Virus record (IMG/VR): IMGVR_UViG_3300029705_000156
Length of the DNA: 55,636 nt
Reading direction: 5' to 3' (one strand)
Source: a virus
Shown: positions 44,774 to 53,018 of the stretch, piece after piece
Layout of the letters: every line of letters starts with the position of its first letter
Numbering within the stretch: position 1 is the stretch's first letter
Made by a program: the position numbers and the translations under genes
Notes under the pieces: generated by a model
The model's input: the letters and a program-made list of their open reading frames with translations, nothing else
What the model was told of the DNA's origin: nothing
Databases searched by the model: none

Positions 44774-45115
44774 ATGGATATAGATAAGATGTATAGTGCT
44801 TGTATAAAGTTCCCACAAGTAGCAGGAGATATTGAGTTTAGGTATTCCGAAATGGAAATTGTAAAAAAATATCCTGATATGGTTGAGTTAAAATACCCAT
44901 ATTTTACAAGCCATAATTGTTCAACAAGATATTTTGAAAACAATATGCTTAACAAGGAATACAAGATTACAGATAGTCTTACTTGCTACTATTCGGAAAG
45001 CAAAGAAAAATGTATTGAATGGCTGAAAAACAAGAGAAATGATTTGATTAAATGCTATGAATATGATTACAAGAGATTGGTTAAGTCGGAAGTAAAGGAA
45101 GTGATTGAAGAATGA
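44774..45115 (+). CDS. Hypothetical protein
   Basis: ATG at 44774 after AAGGAG. Track ORF 44726-45115. Confidence 0.45.
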   Translation: MDIDKMYSACIKFPQVAGDIEFRYSEMEIVKKYPDMVELKYPYFTSHNCSTRYFENNMLNKEYKITDSLTCYYSESKEKCIEWLKNKRNDLIKCYEYDYKRLVKSEVKEVIEE

Positions 45116-45672
45116 ACACAGAAGTAATGTTTAGCAGTAAAACAGACCAGTGGGCTACACCGCAGGATTTTTTCGATAAATTGAATGAGGAATTTCATTT
45201 TACATTAGATCCTTGTGCTGATGAATTTAATTATAAGTGCGAGAAGTATTACACAGAAGAAGATGACGGACTGAAACAATCTTGGCAGAATGAAAGAGTT
45301 TTTTGCAATCCACCTTACGGAAGAGAAATAGGAAAATGGGTTGAAAAAGCATACGCAGAAAATATGATCGGCGGTGCTTATGTAGTAATGCTTATTCCTG
45401 CGAGAACTGATACAAAATGGTTTCATGATTACATATACAACAAGCCGAATGTTGAAATCAGATTTATCAAAGGTAGATTGAAGTTTGGAAATTCTGAAAA
45501 CTCTGCACCATTTCCGAGTATGTTGGTAATTTTCAAAAGAGAGCCATTGATGATAAATGTGTATGATCTTATTGATTATTTAGCAAAACCAAGAGGAGAT
45601 TTACTGAAAACTATAAGCAAAGGTTGTTCAGTTTATGATATTAGGAAATTTATTGAAGAGATAAAGGAGTGA
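45112..45672 (+). CDS. Phage-type DNA N6-adenine methyltransferase (Dam, PF05869-like)
   Basis: SSKTDQWATPQDFF, LDPCA, FCNPPYG and PARTDTKWFH motifs. Confidence 0.8.
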   Translation: MNTEVMFSSKTDQWATPQDFFDKLNEEFHFTLDPCADEFNYKCEKYYTEEDDGLKQSWQNERVFCNPPYGREIGKWVEKAYAENMIGGAYVVMLIPARTDTKWFHDYIYNKPNVEIRFIKGRLKFGNSENSAPFPSMLVIFKREPLMINVYDLIDYLAKPRGDLLKTISKGCSVYDIRKFIEEIKE

Positions 45673-45676
45673 TACC

Positions 45677-45937
45677 GTGAAAGCGATTTTGGTTTTAGAA
45701 ATGCCAAGTAGTTGTATGGGTTGCAACTTTCTGCATTGTGAGATTGAAGAAAATAAAGAATACTGCGAAGCGAGAGAAATTAGAAAGCAAGTGGATTTGG
45801 CAAAGGAAGAGAAACCAGATTGGTGTCCGTTAAAGCCGATGCCAGAGAAGAAAGACAGTGCAATAGGAACGAATTATCAAAGGTTTGTAAAGGGCTACAA
45901 CGCTTGCATTGATGAAATTGTAGGAGATAAGGAGTGA
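45677..45937 (+). CDS. Cys-containing hypothetical protein
   Basis: 86-aa track ORF with a GTG start after AAGGAG. Confidence 0.45.
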   Translation: MKAILVLEMPSSCMGCNFLHCEIEENKEYCEAREIRKQVDLAKEEKPDWCPLKPMPEKKDSAIGTNYQRFVKGYNACIDEIVGDKE

Positions 45938-45941
45938 GAAG

Positions 45942-46157
45942 ATGAAGATAGAAAAAGGAAATATGATAATTGAAGATACTATGGATAGACTTGTCGAAAC
46001 AAAAGATGGGATTACCTGCGGTTGTGAAAAACCAAGTTTGAAAATGGTATGCCACATAGACGGAACAGACTTTTATAGTTATTCATACAGTTGTGATTGC
46101 GGAAATTCAATAGTTATGAACTGTAAAAGAAGTCAGGAAGATTTGATGAGATATTAA
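45942..46157 (+). CDS. Hypothetical protein
   Basis: 71-aa track ORF. Confidence 0.45.
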   Translation: MKIEKGNMIIEDTMDRLVETKDGITCGCEKPSLKMVCHIDGTDFYSYSYSCDCGNSIVMNCKRSQEDLMRY

Positions 46158-46170
46158 GGAGCGAAGCAGT

Positions 46171-46476
46171 ATGAGCGGTGGTAGTTTTAATTATTTATGT
46201 TACAAGGAAACAGAAGATTTGTTTTATCGGATAAGAGATTTAGAAAATATGCGAGAATCACTTATCGAGTACGGATATGAAGATATTGCAGAAGACACGC
46301 AAAGACTTATTGAGTATGTAAAGTCAGCAAAATGCACAATTGGTACTTTGAATGATATGTTAAAGCCGGTATTTCACGCAGTTGAATGGAAAGAAAGCGG
46401 AGATTGGGGCAAAGAAGATATGATTAAAGTTCTTGAAAAGTATCGCAAAAAAGAATTGGAGCGTGATGATGAGTGA
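46171..46476 (+). CDS. Hypothetical protein
   Basis: 101-aa track ORF with RBS AAGGAG. Confidence 0.5.
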   Translation: MSGGSFNYLCYKETEDLFYRIRDLENMRESLIEYGYEDIAEDTQRLIEYVKSAKCTIGTLNDMLKPVFHAVEWKESGDWGKEDMIKVLEKYRKKELERDDE

Positions 46477-46775
46477 AAATTTACATCAGCGGTAGCATTA
46501 GTAATAATCCCAACTTCAAGGAAGATTTTGAGCGAGCAGAAGATTACTTGCGGAGAGAATATCCGAATGCCGATGTTATCAATCCTGCATTAGTGAATAG
46601 CCACTTGCCGAAGTCTACAACGCACGAAGAGTATATGCGAATGAGTTTTTGTATGTTGGATATGTGCGACAGTATCTATATGTTAAGCAATTATGAGCAG
46701 TCAAAAGGTGCCTGTATGGAATATGGCTACGCATTGGCAAAAAATAAGGCTATTTTATTTGAAGAGGAGCAGTAA
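46473..46775 (+). CDS. DUF4406 / nucleoside deoxyribosyltransferase-like protein
   Basis: KIYISGSISNNPN...CMLDMCDSIYMLSNYEQSKGACMEYGYA pattern. Confidence 0.55.
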   Translation: MKIYISGSISNNPNFKEDFERAEDYLRREYPNADVINPALVNSHLPKSTTHEEYMRMSFCMLDMCDSIYMLSNYEQSKGACMEYGYALAKNKAILFEEEQ

Positions 46776-46906
46776 TGGATAAAGAAACCAAATTAGTAAA
46801 AGACCGTGAATGTATCAAATGCGAGAAGTTCTTCGATTGCAAGGGTAAACCACCGGGAATACAGTGTGTTGCGATTGTGCCGAGAAAGGATATCAAGAAG
46901 AAGTAG
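46775..46906 (+). CDS. Small Cys-rich protein (43 aa)
   Basis: TAATG overlap. CIKCEKFFDC...C. Below the track cutoff. Confidence 0.35.
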   Translation: MDKETKLVKDRECIKCEKFFDCKGKPPGIQCVAIVPRKDIKKK

Positions 46907-46938
46907 ATAAAACGAAACTTGAAGGGAAGTGAGAAAAT

Positions 46939-47709
46939 TTGGCAAGCAAAAGAATGTTTACTATGAAAATTGTAGATAGTGATTCGTTTTTGGATATGCC
47001 GTTATCTAGCCAGTGTTTGTATTTTCACTTAAACATGAGAGCAGATGATGACGGGTTTATAGACAATCCAAAGCGCGTTATGAAGATTGTTGGCGCGTCT
47101 CAGGACGATTTAAAGTTATTAGTTGCAAAGAGATTTATTCTTGCATTTGAAAGTGGCGTAATGGTTATAAAACATTGGAGAATGCACAATACATTATCGC
47201 AAAGTCGTTATCATGCAACGCAATATATTGATGAAAAATCAATGCTAAAACTCAAAGAAAATGGTTCGTACTCTTTAGAAAATGGCACAGAAATTGACGA
47301 TGAAAAGTTGATTGAAATGTCAAAAAGGCAGTGTAGACGAACAAAAGACGAACAAAAGACGAACGCAGATATAGATATAGGTTTAGATATAGATAAAGAG
47401 TTAGATATAGATTTAGATTTAATAAAAGATATTGTCGAGTATCTAAACATGGTTTGCGGAACAAAATACAAGCACTCGACCACAAATACTAAAAAACATA
47501 TTCGGGCAAGATTGAAAGATGGATATGTGTTTGAGGATTTTAAGACAGTAGTTGATAAAAAGGCTAAAGAGTGGTTAGGGACGAACATGGAGAGGTATTT
47601 AAGACCAGATACATTGTTTGGCACAAAGTTTGAAAGTTATTTGAATCAAAACATAGTTGATAACCAGCCGAAACAAAAAACAGGCACTATTGATTGGGAT
47701 AATGTGTAA
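46939..47709 (+). CDS. Replisome organizer (Phage_rep_org_N plus conserved phage C-terminus)
   Basis: FTMKIVDSDSFLDMPLSSQCLYFHLNMRADDDGF at the N-terminus. The C-terminal YLNMVCGTKYK...RPDTLFG motif. Internal iterons. Confidence 0.7.
   Translation: MASKRMFTMKIVDSDSFLDMPLSSQCLYFHLNMRADDDGFIDNPKRVMKIVGASQDDLKLLVAKRFILAFESGVMVIKHWRMHNTLSQSRYHATQYIDEKSMLKLKENGSYSLENGTEIDDEKLIEMSKRQCRRTKDEQKTNADIDIGLDIDKELDIDLDLIKDIVEYLNMVCGTKYKHSTTNTKKHIRARLKDGYVFEDFKTVVDKKAKEWLGTNMERYLRPDTLFGTKFESYLNQNIVDNQPKQKTGTIDWDNV
47336..47422. repeat. Candidate replication origin iterons inside the organizer gene
   Basis: GACGAAC x3 at 11-nt spacing (47336, 47347, 47358). TTAGATATAGAT x2 (47383, 47401) plus partial copies. 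Confidence 0.55.
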
Positions 47710-47720
47710 GGAGTGATTGA

Positions 47721-48257
47721 ATGGATAGAGAAGAAACCAAAAAGATAATCAGAATCATGTGTGCTAGTTATCCGAATTACAAGCCTGCGGATATTTCCGA
47801 AACGATAGATGTGTGGGCGAATATGTTAAGCGAATACAGTTATGAGCATATAGCCGTAGCGTTAAAGTCTTACATAGCAACCGATACAAGCGGATTTGCA
47901 CCGAGTGTTGGGAAACTGATACAAAAGGCTAATTCGTTAGTTGGAAATGGCGAGTTAAACGAAATCGAAGCGTGGACGTTGGTAAGCAAGGCTATACGGA
48001 ACGGATATTACGGTGCAGAGAAAGAGTTTGAAAAGTTACCGCCGATAATTCAAAAGTCAGTAGGAAGTCCCGAACAGTTAAGAATGTGGGCTACAACGGA
48101 TAGCAAGAGCATTGAAACGGTGGTTGCGTCAAACTTTATGAAAACATACAAAACCGAAGTACAGCGCGCGGAAGAATATGCTAGGTTGCCGGAAGATGTA
48201 AAAGCAATTATGCAGAAGATGTCGCCGTTGAATAGGATTGAGCAGATGGGAGAGTGA
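47721..48257 (+). CDS. Helicase loader (SPP1 G39P-like)
   Basis: IIRIMCASYPNYKP...IDVWANMLSEYSYEHIAVALKSYI pattern. Follows the organizer. Confidence 0.55.
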   Translation: MDREETKKIIRIMCASYPNYKPADISETIDVWANMLSEYSYEHIAVALKSYIATDTSGFAPSVGKLIQKANSLVGNGELNEIEAWTLVSKAIRNGYYGAEKEFEKLPPIIQKSVGSPEQLRMWATTDSKSIETVVASNFMKTYKTEVQRAEEYARLPEDVKAIMQKMSPLNRIEQMGE

Positions 48258-48261
48258 GAGG

Positions 48262-48558
48262 ATGAAAAAAGAAAACACGCACATTGTAATTAAAAGAGAA
48301 GATGCACTAAAGTATCTTACAGAAGTTGAGTATCAGACTTTAGAAGAATTTATGAACACTATTATTAGAGGTAGGGCAAAAGACCACAAGAAACCTATTA
48401 ACAATTATTATATTTGCAACACGGATGAGCCTTATGCGGAAGTAGTGCATGGTGTAATTATTGGTGGTGAAGCAACTAAGGCTAATAATAGCAATCCAAC
48501 CTGTTGCCCTGATGCTTGTGGAAATGGCTGTGTTTTATGTTTTAGCAAAGGAGAATGA
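48262..48558 (+). CDS. Hypothetical protein
   Basis: ATG after GAGAGG. Track ORF 48238-48558. Confidence 0.45.
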   Translation: MKKENTHIVIKREDALKYLTEVEYQTLEEFMNTIIRGRAKDHKKPINNYYICNTDEPYAEVVHGVIIGGEATKANNSNPTCCPDACGNGCVLCFSKGE

Positions 48559-49016
48559 GTATGACAGAGAATGAAGCAATTAAAGAATTGAAATCAGATA
48601 TAGAGATTTGTTCAAGCGACTGTGATGGTGCTTGCAAATATTTTGTTAAGAAAGAATATTCTTATGAGTGTACCTGCTTAAAGGCTGTTTCACTTAATGC
48701 CCTTGAAGAAATCCAACAGTACAGAGCAATCGGAACAGTAAAGGAAATAAAAATCAAAGAAGCGCAGTTTGCGAGATTGTCAGAAGGATATTTGAATGAT
48801 TTATCTTTATTGCGTGAGTATCAAGCAATCGGCACTATTGAAGAATTGAAGGCTTTGACAGAGAAGAGCGTGGCGAAGAAACCATTAAATGACGGAATGC
48901 AAAGACCATTTTCATATTATTGCCCGAATTGCAAAGAGGAATTATCGGATGATGGCTACGAACCGGATGAAGAATATTGTTGTAATTGCGGACAGCATAT
49001 TTTGATTGAAAATTAG
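48555..49016 (+). CDS. Cys-rich hypothetical protein
   Basis: 153-aa track ORF. YCPNCKEE...CCNCG zinc ribbon at the C-terminus. Confidence 0.5.
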   Translation: MSMTENEAIKELKSDIEICSSDCDGACKYFVKKEYSYECTCLKAVSLNALEEIQQYRAIGTVKEIKIKEAQFARLSEGYLNDLSLLREYQAIGTIEELKALTEKSVAKKPLNDGMQRPFSYYCPNCKEELSDDGYEPDEEYCCNCGQHILIEN

Positions 49017-49113
49017 CAAATTACCGGCAAATTAAAAACTCACGGAAACACAAGGAATTTTACAGATTTGATGTGTTTCGTGCAAGTTATCAGCAAGTTA
49101 GAAAGGAGAAGAT

Positions 49114-49458
49114 ATGGGATATTTAACACATAAAGAGAAAAGTTTATTATTTTCAGCATTAACAAGAGAAGAAATAGTTTGTAAAGAAAACGGATTTGAA
49201 GAACTTGTACCAGTAGTCAAAAGCCTTGAAGGGAAATTCTACTATGATAGATTTGAAAAGGACATCAGAAACAAGGCTATTGATGAATTTGTAGAAGCGT
49301 TCAAGAAATCAAATATTACAAGCAAAGTGTTTGAAAGAATATTTCACATGATACAGTTTGCAGAAAATAATTTCCACGGTGTCACAAGTGATATTGATAA
49401 TATGTATTGTGAATTAGCTGATGAAATCGCAGAGCAGATGAAAGGCGGTGCGGAATGA
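49114..49458 (+). CDS. Hypothetical protein
   Basis: 114-aa track ORF with RBS AAAGGAGAAG. Confidence 0.5.
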   Translation: MGYLTHKEKSLLFSALTREEIVCKENGFEELVPVVKSLEGKFYYDRFEKDIRNKAIDEFVEAFKKSNITSKVFERIFHMIQFAENNFHGVTSDIDNMYCELADEIAEQMKGGAE

Positions 49459-49661
49459 GTAGAAGAATAGTAATATTTTTTATACTTGTCAAACATTGCA
49501 TAAATCCTTTTAAACCTATGGGAAAGATATTGCATGTTATGAATGAACGATTGACTGACAACGAAAAAGATTATTTTATAAAGTGTGCGAAAAGCAAATT
49601 GGTAAAAGAGATATTGTATAGGAATTTGAAAAGGGGCGGTAAAGATAGTGGCAAGAATTAA
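49455..49661 (+). CDS. Questionable small ORF
   Basis: ATGA overlap coupling is possible, but there is no clear RBS and the composition is odd. Confidence 0.25.
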   Translation: MSRRIVIFFILVKHCINPFKPMGKILHVMNERLTDNEKDYFIKCAKSKLVKEILYRNLKRGGKDSGKN

Positions 49662-49851
49662 ATGTTGTAAAGGTTGCGAAAAAAGGCACGAATCCTGTCA
49701 TGTAAACTGCGAAACATACATAAGAGAAAAGGAAGCTTACGACTTAGAAAAAGCTAAAGAGCGAGAGAAGCAGAGAATTGAGCAGGGCGTTACATTTGAG
49801 AGTATTACGAATATGATGAAAGTTAGGCAGAAAAAGAGAAAGCAGGTGTGA
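49648..49851 (+). CDS. Cys-rich small protein
   Basis: CCKGCEKRHESCHVNCE. GTG start. Confidence 0.45.
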   Translation: MARIKCCKGCEKRHESCHVNCETYIREKEAYDLEKAKEREKQRIEQGVTFESITNMMKVRQKKRKQV

Positions 49852-49852
49852 T

Positions 49853-50095
49853 ATGGCGAAAAACAATGACCTTATAAACCAAGCAAAAATCCTTTATGCG
49901 AAAGTACATAACATTGTTCCGGAAGTTTATGCAGCAGTGGCGTTGGTTTTAAGCCGAGAATATGAATGGACTTATGAGCAGATAAATGATTTCTTTGCCG
50001 AAACACAGGCGGTATGGCAAGAGTATTCAGATAGAAAAATGGATATGATACAGGCGTGTTTGGAAGAAACTGGAATTGAGTTAAGGAGTAAGTGA
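49853..50095 (+). CDS. Hypothetical protein
   Basis: 80-aa track ORF. Confidence 0.5.
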   Translation: MAKNNDLINQAKILYAKVHNIVPEVYAAVALVLSREYEWTYEQINDFFAETQAVWQEYSDRKMDMIQACLEETGIELRSK

Positions 50096-50097
50096 TT

Positions 50098-50343
50098 ATG
50101 AAAGTGGAATATGATGTTAAATTGCCTAGAAACCAATATGGCAAAGGCAAGTGGGCTACAATATTTTGGGAATTTTATGACAGTCAGCACCAAACAGCAA
50201 AATTTTCATTCAAAACAACGGAAGAAGCAAAGAAACTTTATAAATCAGCACAGAATATAATATCTAAAAATTGTATGATAGGCATTAGGGCTATGATGAT
50301 TGAAAGCGAAGTATACTTTGAGAAATATAGCGTAGAAGAGTAG
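50098..50343 (+). CDS. Hypothetical protein
   Basis: ATG after AAGGAG. Track ORF 50092-50343. Confidence 0.5.
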   Translation: MKVEYDVKLPRNQYGKGKWATIFWEFYDSQHQTAKFSFKTTEEAKKLYKSAQNIISKNCMIGIRAMMIESEVYFEKYSVEE

Positions 50344-50358
50344 AAAGGAATAACGGCA

Positions 50359-50583
50359 ATGTGGAGATTGGGTAAGTATTTATCATCTTTGACAAAGCCG
50401 GAACTTGAGGAATTAAAAGACCAACTTAATTTAACAGACGATGAAATGATGGTATTTGAGCAGTTATCTAGGGGCAGAAGTAATATTCTTGTCGCTGATA
50501 ATTGCCAAATATCAATCAGGACAGTTGATAACAAAATCAAATCAATAAACATAAAATTAGGGCGGTTAAAAAATAATGGATAG
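50359..50583 (+). CDS. Small sigma-region-4/LuxR-type HTH protein
   Basis: LTDDEMMVFEQLSRGRSNILVADNCQISIRTVDNKIKSI. Confidence 0.5.
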   Translation: MWRLGKYLSSLTKPELEELKDQLNLTDDEMMVFEQLSRGRSNILVADNCQISIRTVDNKIKSINIKLGRLKNNG

Positions 50584-51799
50584 TTTATCTAACAAAGAAT
50601 TATTGAATTTTGCGATTGAAAATGGTATTATCGACATTAACACCATTCAAAAGCAAATTGAGATGAACGAACGAAAGAAATATCTTGATATGCACATTTA
50701 TTCAGTGTTTAAGGGTGCAGACGGAAATTATCATACATCTGTGCCTGATGACACAAAGAAAAACAACAGGAGGGCTATTAAGCGAAAAACAAAAGAATCT
50801 ATTGAGGATGCAATTATTGAATATTACAAAAGTGTTGAAAATGAGCCTAGATTAAAAGATTTGTTCAGACTGTGGATTGATAAGAAGTTGAAGTATTGCG
50901 AAATTGAAAAGCAGACCGCTGACCGATACGAAACTGATTTTATAAGATTTTTCTCAAATAACAATCTGTATAACAGGAAGGTAAGGTATATTACAGAAAA
51001 CGATCTTGAGGATTTTATAAAAACAACCATAGCCGAAAAACAGTTGACAGCTAAAGGTTGGGGTAATTTGCGGACTTTGATAAACGGTATGTTTAAGTTT
51101 GCAAAGAAACAAGGTTACACGCAAATAAGCATAACTCACTTTATGGGCGATTTGGATTTGTCAAAAAAGGCTTTTAAGAGAAGAGTTTTTGCGAGTGAAG
51201 AATCTGTATTTACTGACCGAGAGATAAATCTTATTATGGGATTCATTGATAATGCAGAGCCGTCTCTTATAAATCTTGGTGTTGTATTGGCTTTTCAAGC
51301 AGGATTAAGAGTTGGTGAATTATCAGCATTAAAGTATAGCGACCTTAACGGAAATGTTCTTACGGTAAACAAAACAGAAATTAGATACAAGGGCGAAGAC
51401 AACAGTTATGTTTTTGAAGTAAGAGATTACACAAAGGGAGATATAGGACACAGAAAAGTCATTCTCACAGATTTGGGAGTACAGTCAATTAAAAAAGCAA
51501 AGATGTTAAACCCTTGGGGCGAATATCTGTTTATGGAAAACGGAAACAGAATTAAAGCCAAGGCATTTACAGTAAAAATTGAAAAAATTTGCAAATATGT
51601 TGGTATAGAACCACGCTCGCTCCATAAAGTCAGAAAAACTTACGGCACCAAACTTCTTAATGCCGGGTTAAGCGAAAAAGTAATTGAAAGCCAAATGGGT
51701 CATACCGACATAAATACCACAAAAGGATTCTATTGGTTTAACAATTTGGAAGAAGAAGAGGTTAAAAAAATGGTTTCCAATGCTTTAAATTATCGTTAA
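50576..51799 (+). CDS. int: Tyrosine integrase
   Basis: 407 aa with an N-terminal SAM-like domain. Catalytic GLRVGE, HKVRKTYGT, MGHTDINTTKGFY. The attP lies immediately downstream. Confidence 0.85.
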   Translation: MDSLSNKELLNFAIENGIIDINTIQKQIEMNERKKYLDMHIYSVFKGADGNYHTSVPDDTKKNNRRAIKRKTKESIEDAIIEYYKSVENEPRLKDLFRLWIDKKLKYCEIEKQTADRYETDFIRFFSNNNLYNRKVRYITENDLEDFIKTTIAEKQLTAKGWGNLRTLINGMFKFAKKQGYTQISITHFMGDLDLSKKAFKRRVFASEESVFTDREINLIMGFIDNAEPSLINLGVVLAFQAGLRVGELSALKYSDLNGNVLTVNKTEIRYKGEDNSYVFEVRDYTKGDIGHRKVILTDLGVQSIKKAKMLNPWGEYLFMENGNRIKAKAFTVKIEKICKYVGIEPRSLHKVRKTYGTKLLNAGLSEKVIESQMGHTDINTTKGFYWFNNLEEEEVKKMVSNALNYR

Positions 51800-51810
51800 A
51801 TGATAAAAAG

Positions 51811-51983
51811 GTTAGCAAAAAAGTTAGCAAGGTTAGCAAAGCCAAAATCCGCAAACCCTTATAAATCAAGGCTTTCGGGGTTTTGCCACGGGGTTCGAAT
51901 CCCCCTCTCGCTACTCTTTTTGTGCCGAAAATCAAGGGTTTTTGGCATTTTTTATTTTCAAAAGTTAGCAACGTGGTTAGCAA
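51811..51983. promoter_or_regulatory. attP: tRNA 3'-end-like core flanked by GTTAGCAA arm-type repeats
   Basis: GTTAGCAA at 51811, 51823, 51832, 51964 and 51976. The core GGGGTTCGAATCCCCCTCTCGCTA at 51890-51913 looks like a T arm plus acceptor 3' strand. Confidence 0.7.
51924..51957 (+). terminator. Intrinsic terminator just after the tRNA-like core
   Basis: Stem gcc(g)aaaa/ttttggc, followed by ATTTTTTATTTT. Confidence 0.5.
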
Positions 51984-52049
51984 ATTGTCAGAATATTCAA
52001 AAAAATCACGAAAGGAGAAGCTTTTGAATGGTGTTGTTTGTATAAAATA

Positions 52050-52101
52050 TGCGTAAATTCTGCGTGAAATATATGGTAAATTATGTGTGAACTCTGCGTG
52101 A
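52050..52101. promoter_or_regulatory. TGCGTRA operator-like repeats upstream of the cargo operon
   Basis: TGCGTAAA at 52050, TGCGTGAAA at 52061, TGCGTGA at 52095. A related inverted repeat TGCGTAAAACGCA lies at 2148-2160. Confidence 0.4.
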
Positions 52102-52144
52102 TAGGGTTCTTTTTTTATGCCAAAATTAAGGCAAGAAAGGAGAA

Positions 52145-52300
52145 ATGCTGATGTTCACAGATGAAATCTTGGAAAGATTATTTGCAATAAAGGAAATGCA
52201 GAAGCTGACATTAGCAGACCAATCAATGCTGATAGATGCTTTTGAAGAGATTATGGAAGAAGAGGAGAAAAAACATTATGCAACCTTACCCGAACCCTAA
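52145..52300 (+). CDS. Small acidic protein (51 aa)
   Basis: ATG after AAAGGAG. Below the track cutoff. Confidence 0.4.
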   Translation: MLMFTDEILERLFAIKEMQKLTLADQSMLIDAFEEIMEEEEKKHYATLPEP

Positions 52301-52730
52301 TTATTTCACACAGTATCAGCAACCGCAGTTTAATCCGTACTTACAGAGAATGGAAAATCTGCAACAGTTTCAGCAGACATTACAGCCTACTAATCAAATT
52401 CCGGCAATCGGTAAAGTAGTAGAAAGTATGGATATTGTAAAGGTAACGGACATTCCTATGGACGGAAATGTGTACTATTTCCCGAAAGCAGACGGAGAAG
52501 AGATTTACACAAAGCAGTTTATGCCGAACGGACAAACTCGTATTTTGACTTTTAAGCCCATTACAGATGATAACCCTAACAATTTACCATTGGACGAAGA
52601 AAAATCGAAATTTGATACCTTTAACGCGTTTTTAGAGGGTATTCAAGCAGACATTAAGACCTTATCTGACAAGGTGGATAAGATTTCAAAGCCGAATAGG
52701 GCTAAAAAAGAGGTAGATGCAGATGAATAA
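52278..52730 (+). CDS. Protein with Q/P/N/Y-rich N-terminus and a beta-rich core
   Basis: MQPYPNPNYFTQYQQPQFNPYLQRMENLQQFQQTLQPTNQ... RBS GAGGAG. No family recognised. Confidence 0.5.
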   Translation: MQPYPNPNYFTQYQQPQFNPYLQRMENLQQFQQTLQPTNQIPAIGKVVESMDIVKVTDIPMDGNVYYFPKADGEEIYTKQFMPNGQTRILTFKPITDDNPNNLPLDEEKSKFDTFNAFLEGIQADIKTLSDKVDKISKPNRAKKEVDADE

Positions 52731-52941
52731 TATTATAACAAATCAAATAATAAACCAACTCATGCAAAGTCCCAGATTAAAAAATAATGAAATTGCATTA
52801 AATGCAGTTCAAATGTATAGAAGCGGAAACTCTAAAGAGGTTTTTGCAATTAGAGACAATTTGTTTAGTGGAAACAATGCTTTAAAAAATAATTTATCAC
52901 AATTAGAAGATGAAGCTAAAAAAATATTAGGCATGAATTAG
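52717..52941 (+). CDS. Hypothetical protein
   Basis: 74-aa track ORF. Confidence 0.45.
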   Translation: MQMNNIITNQIINQLMQSPRLKNNEIALNAVQMYRSGNSKEVFAIRDNLFSGNNALKNNLSQLEDEAKKILGMN

Positions 52942-53018
52942 TACATATCAGAGTTTGTGCGCACATTAAAACTGGTTTTCTCTGTTTGTAAATAAAAATT
53001 TTAAAGGAGAAAAAAGAT

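Noticed and set aside
47211-47624. 137-aa minus-strand ORF
   Set aside because: It is antisense to the replisome organizer and its iterons.
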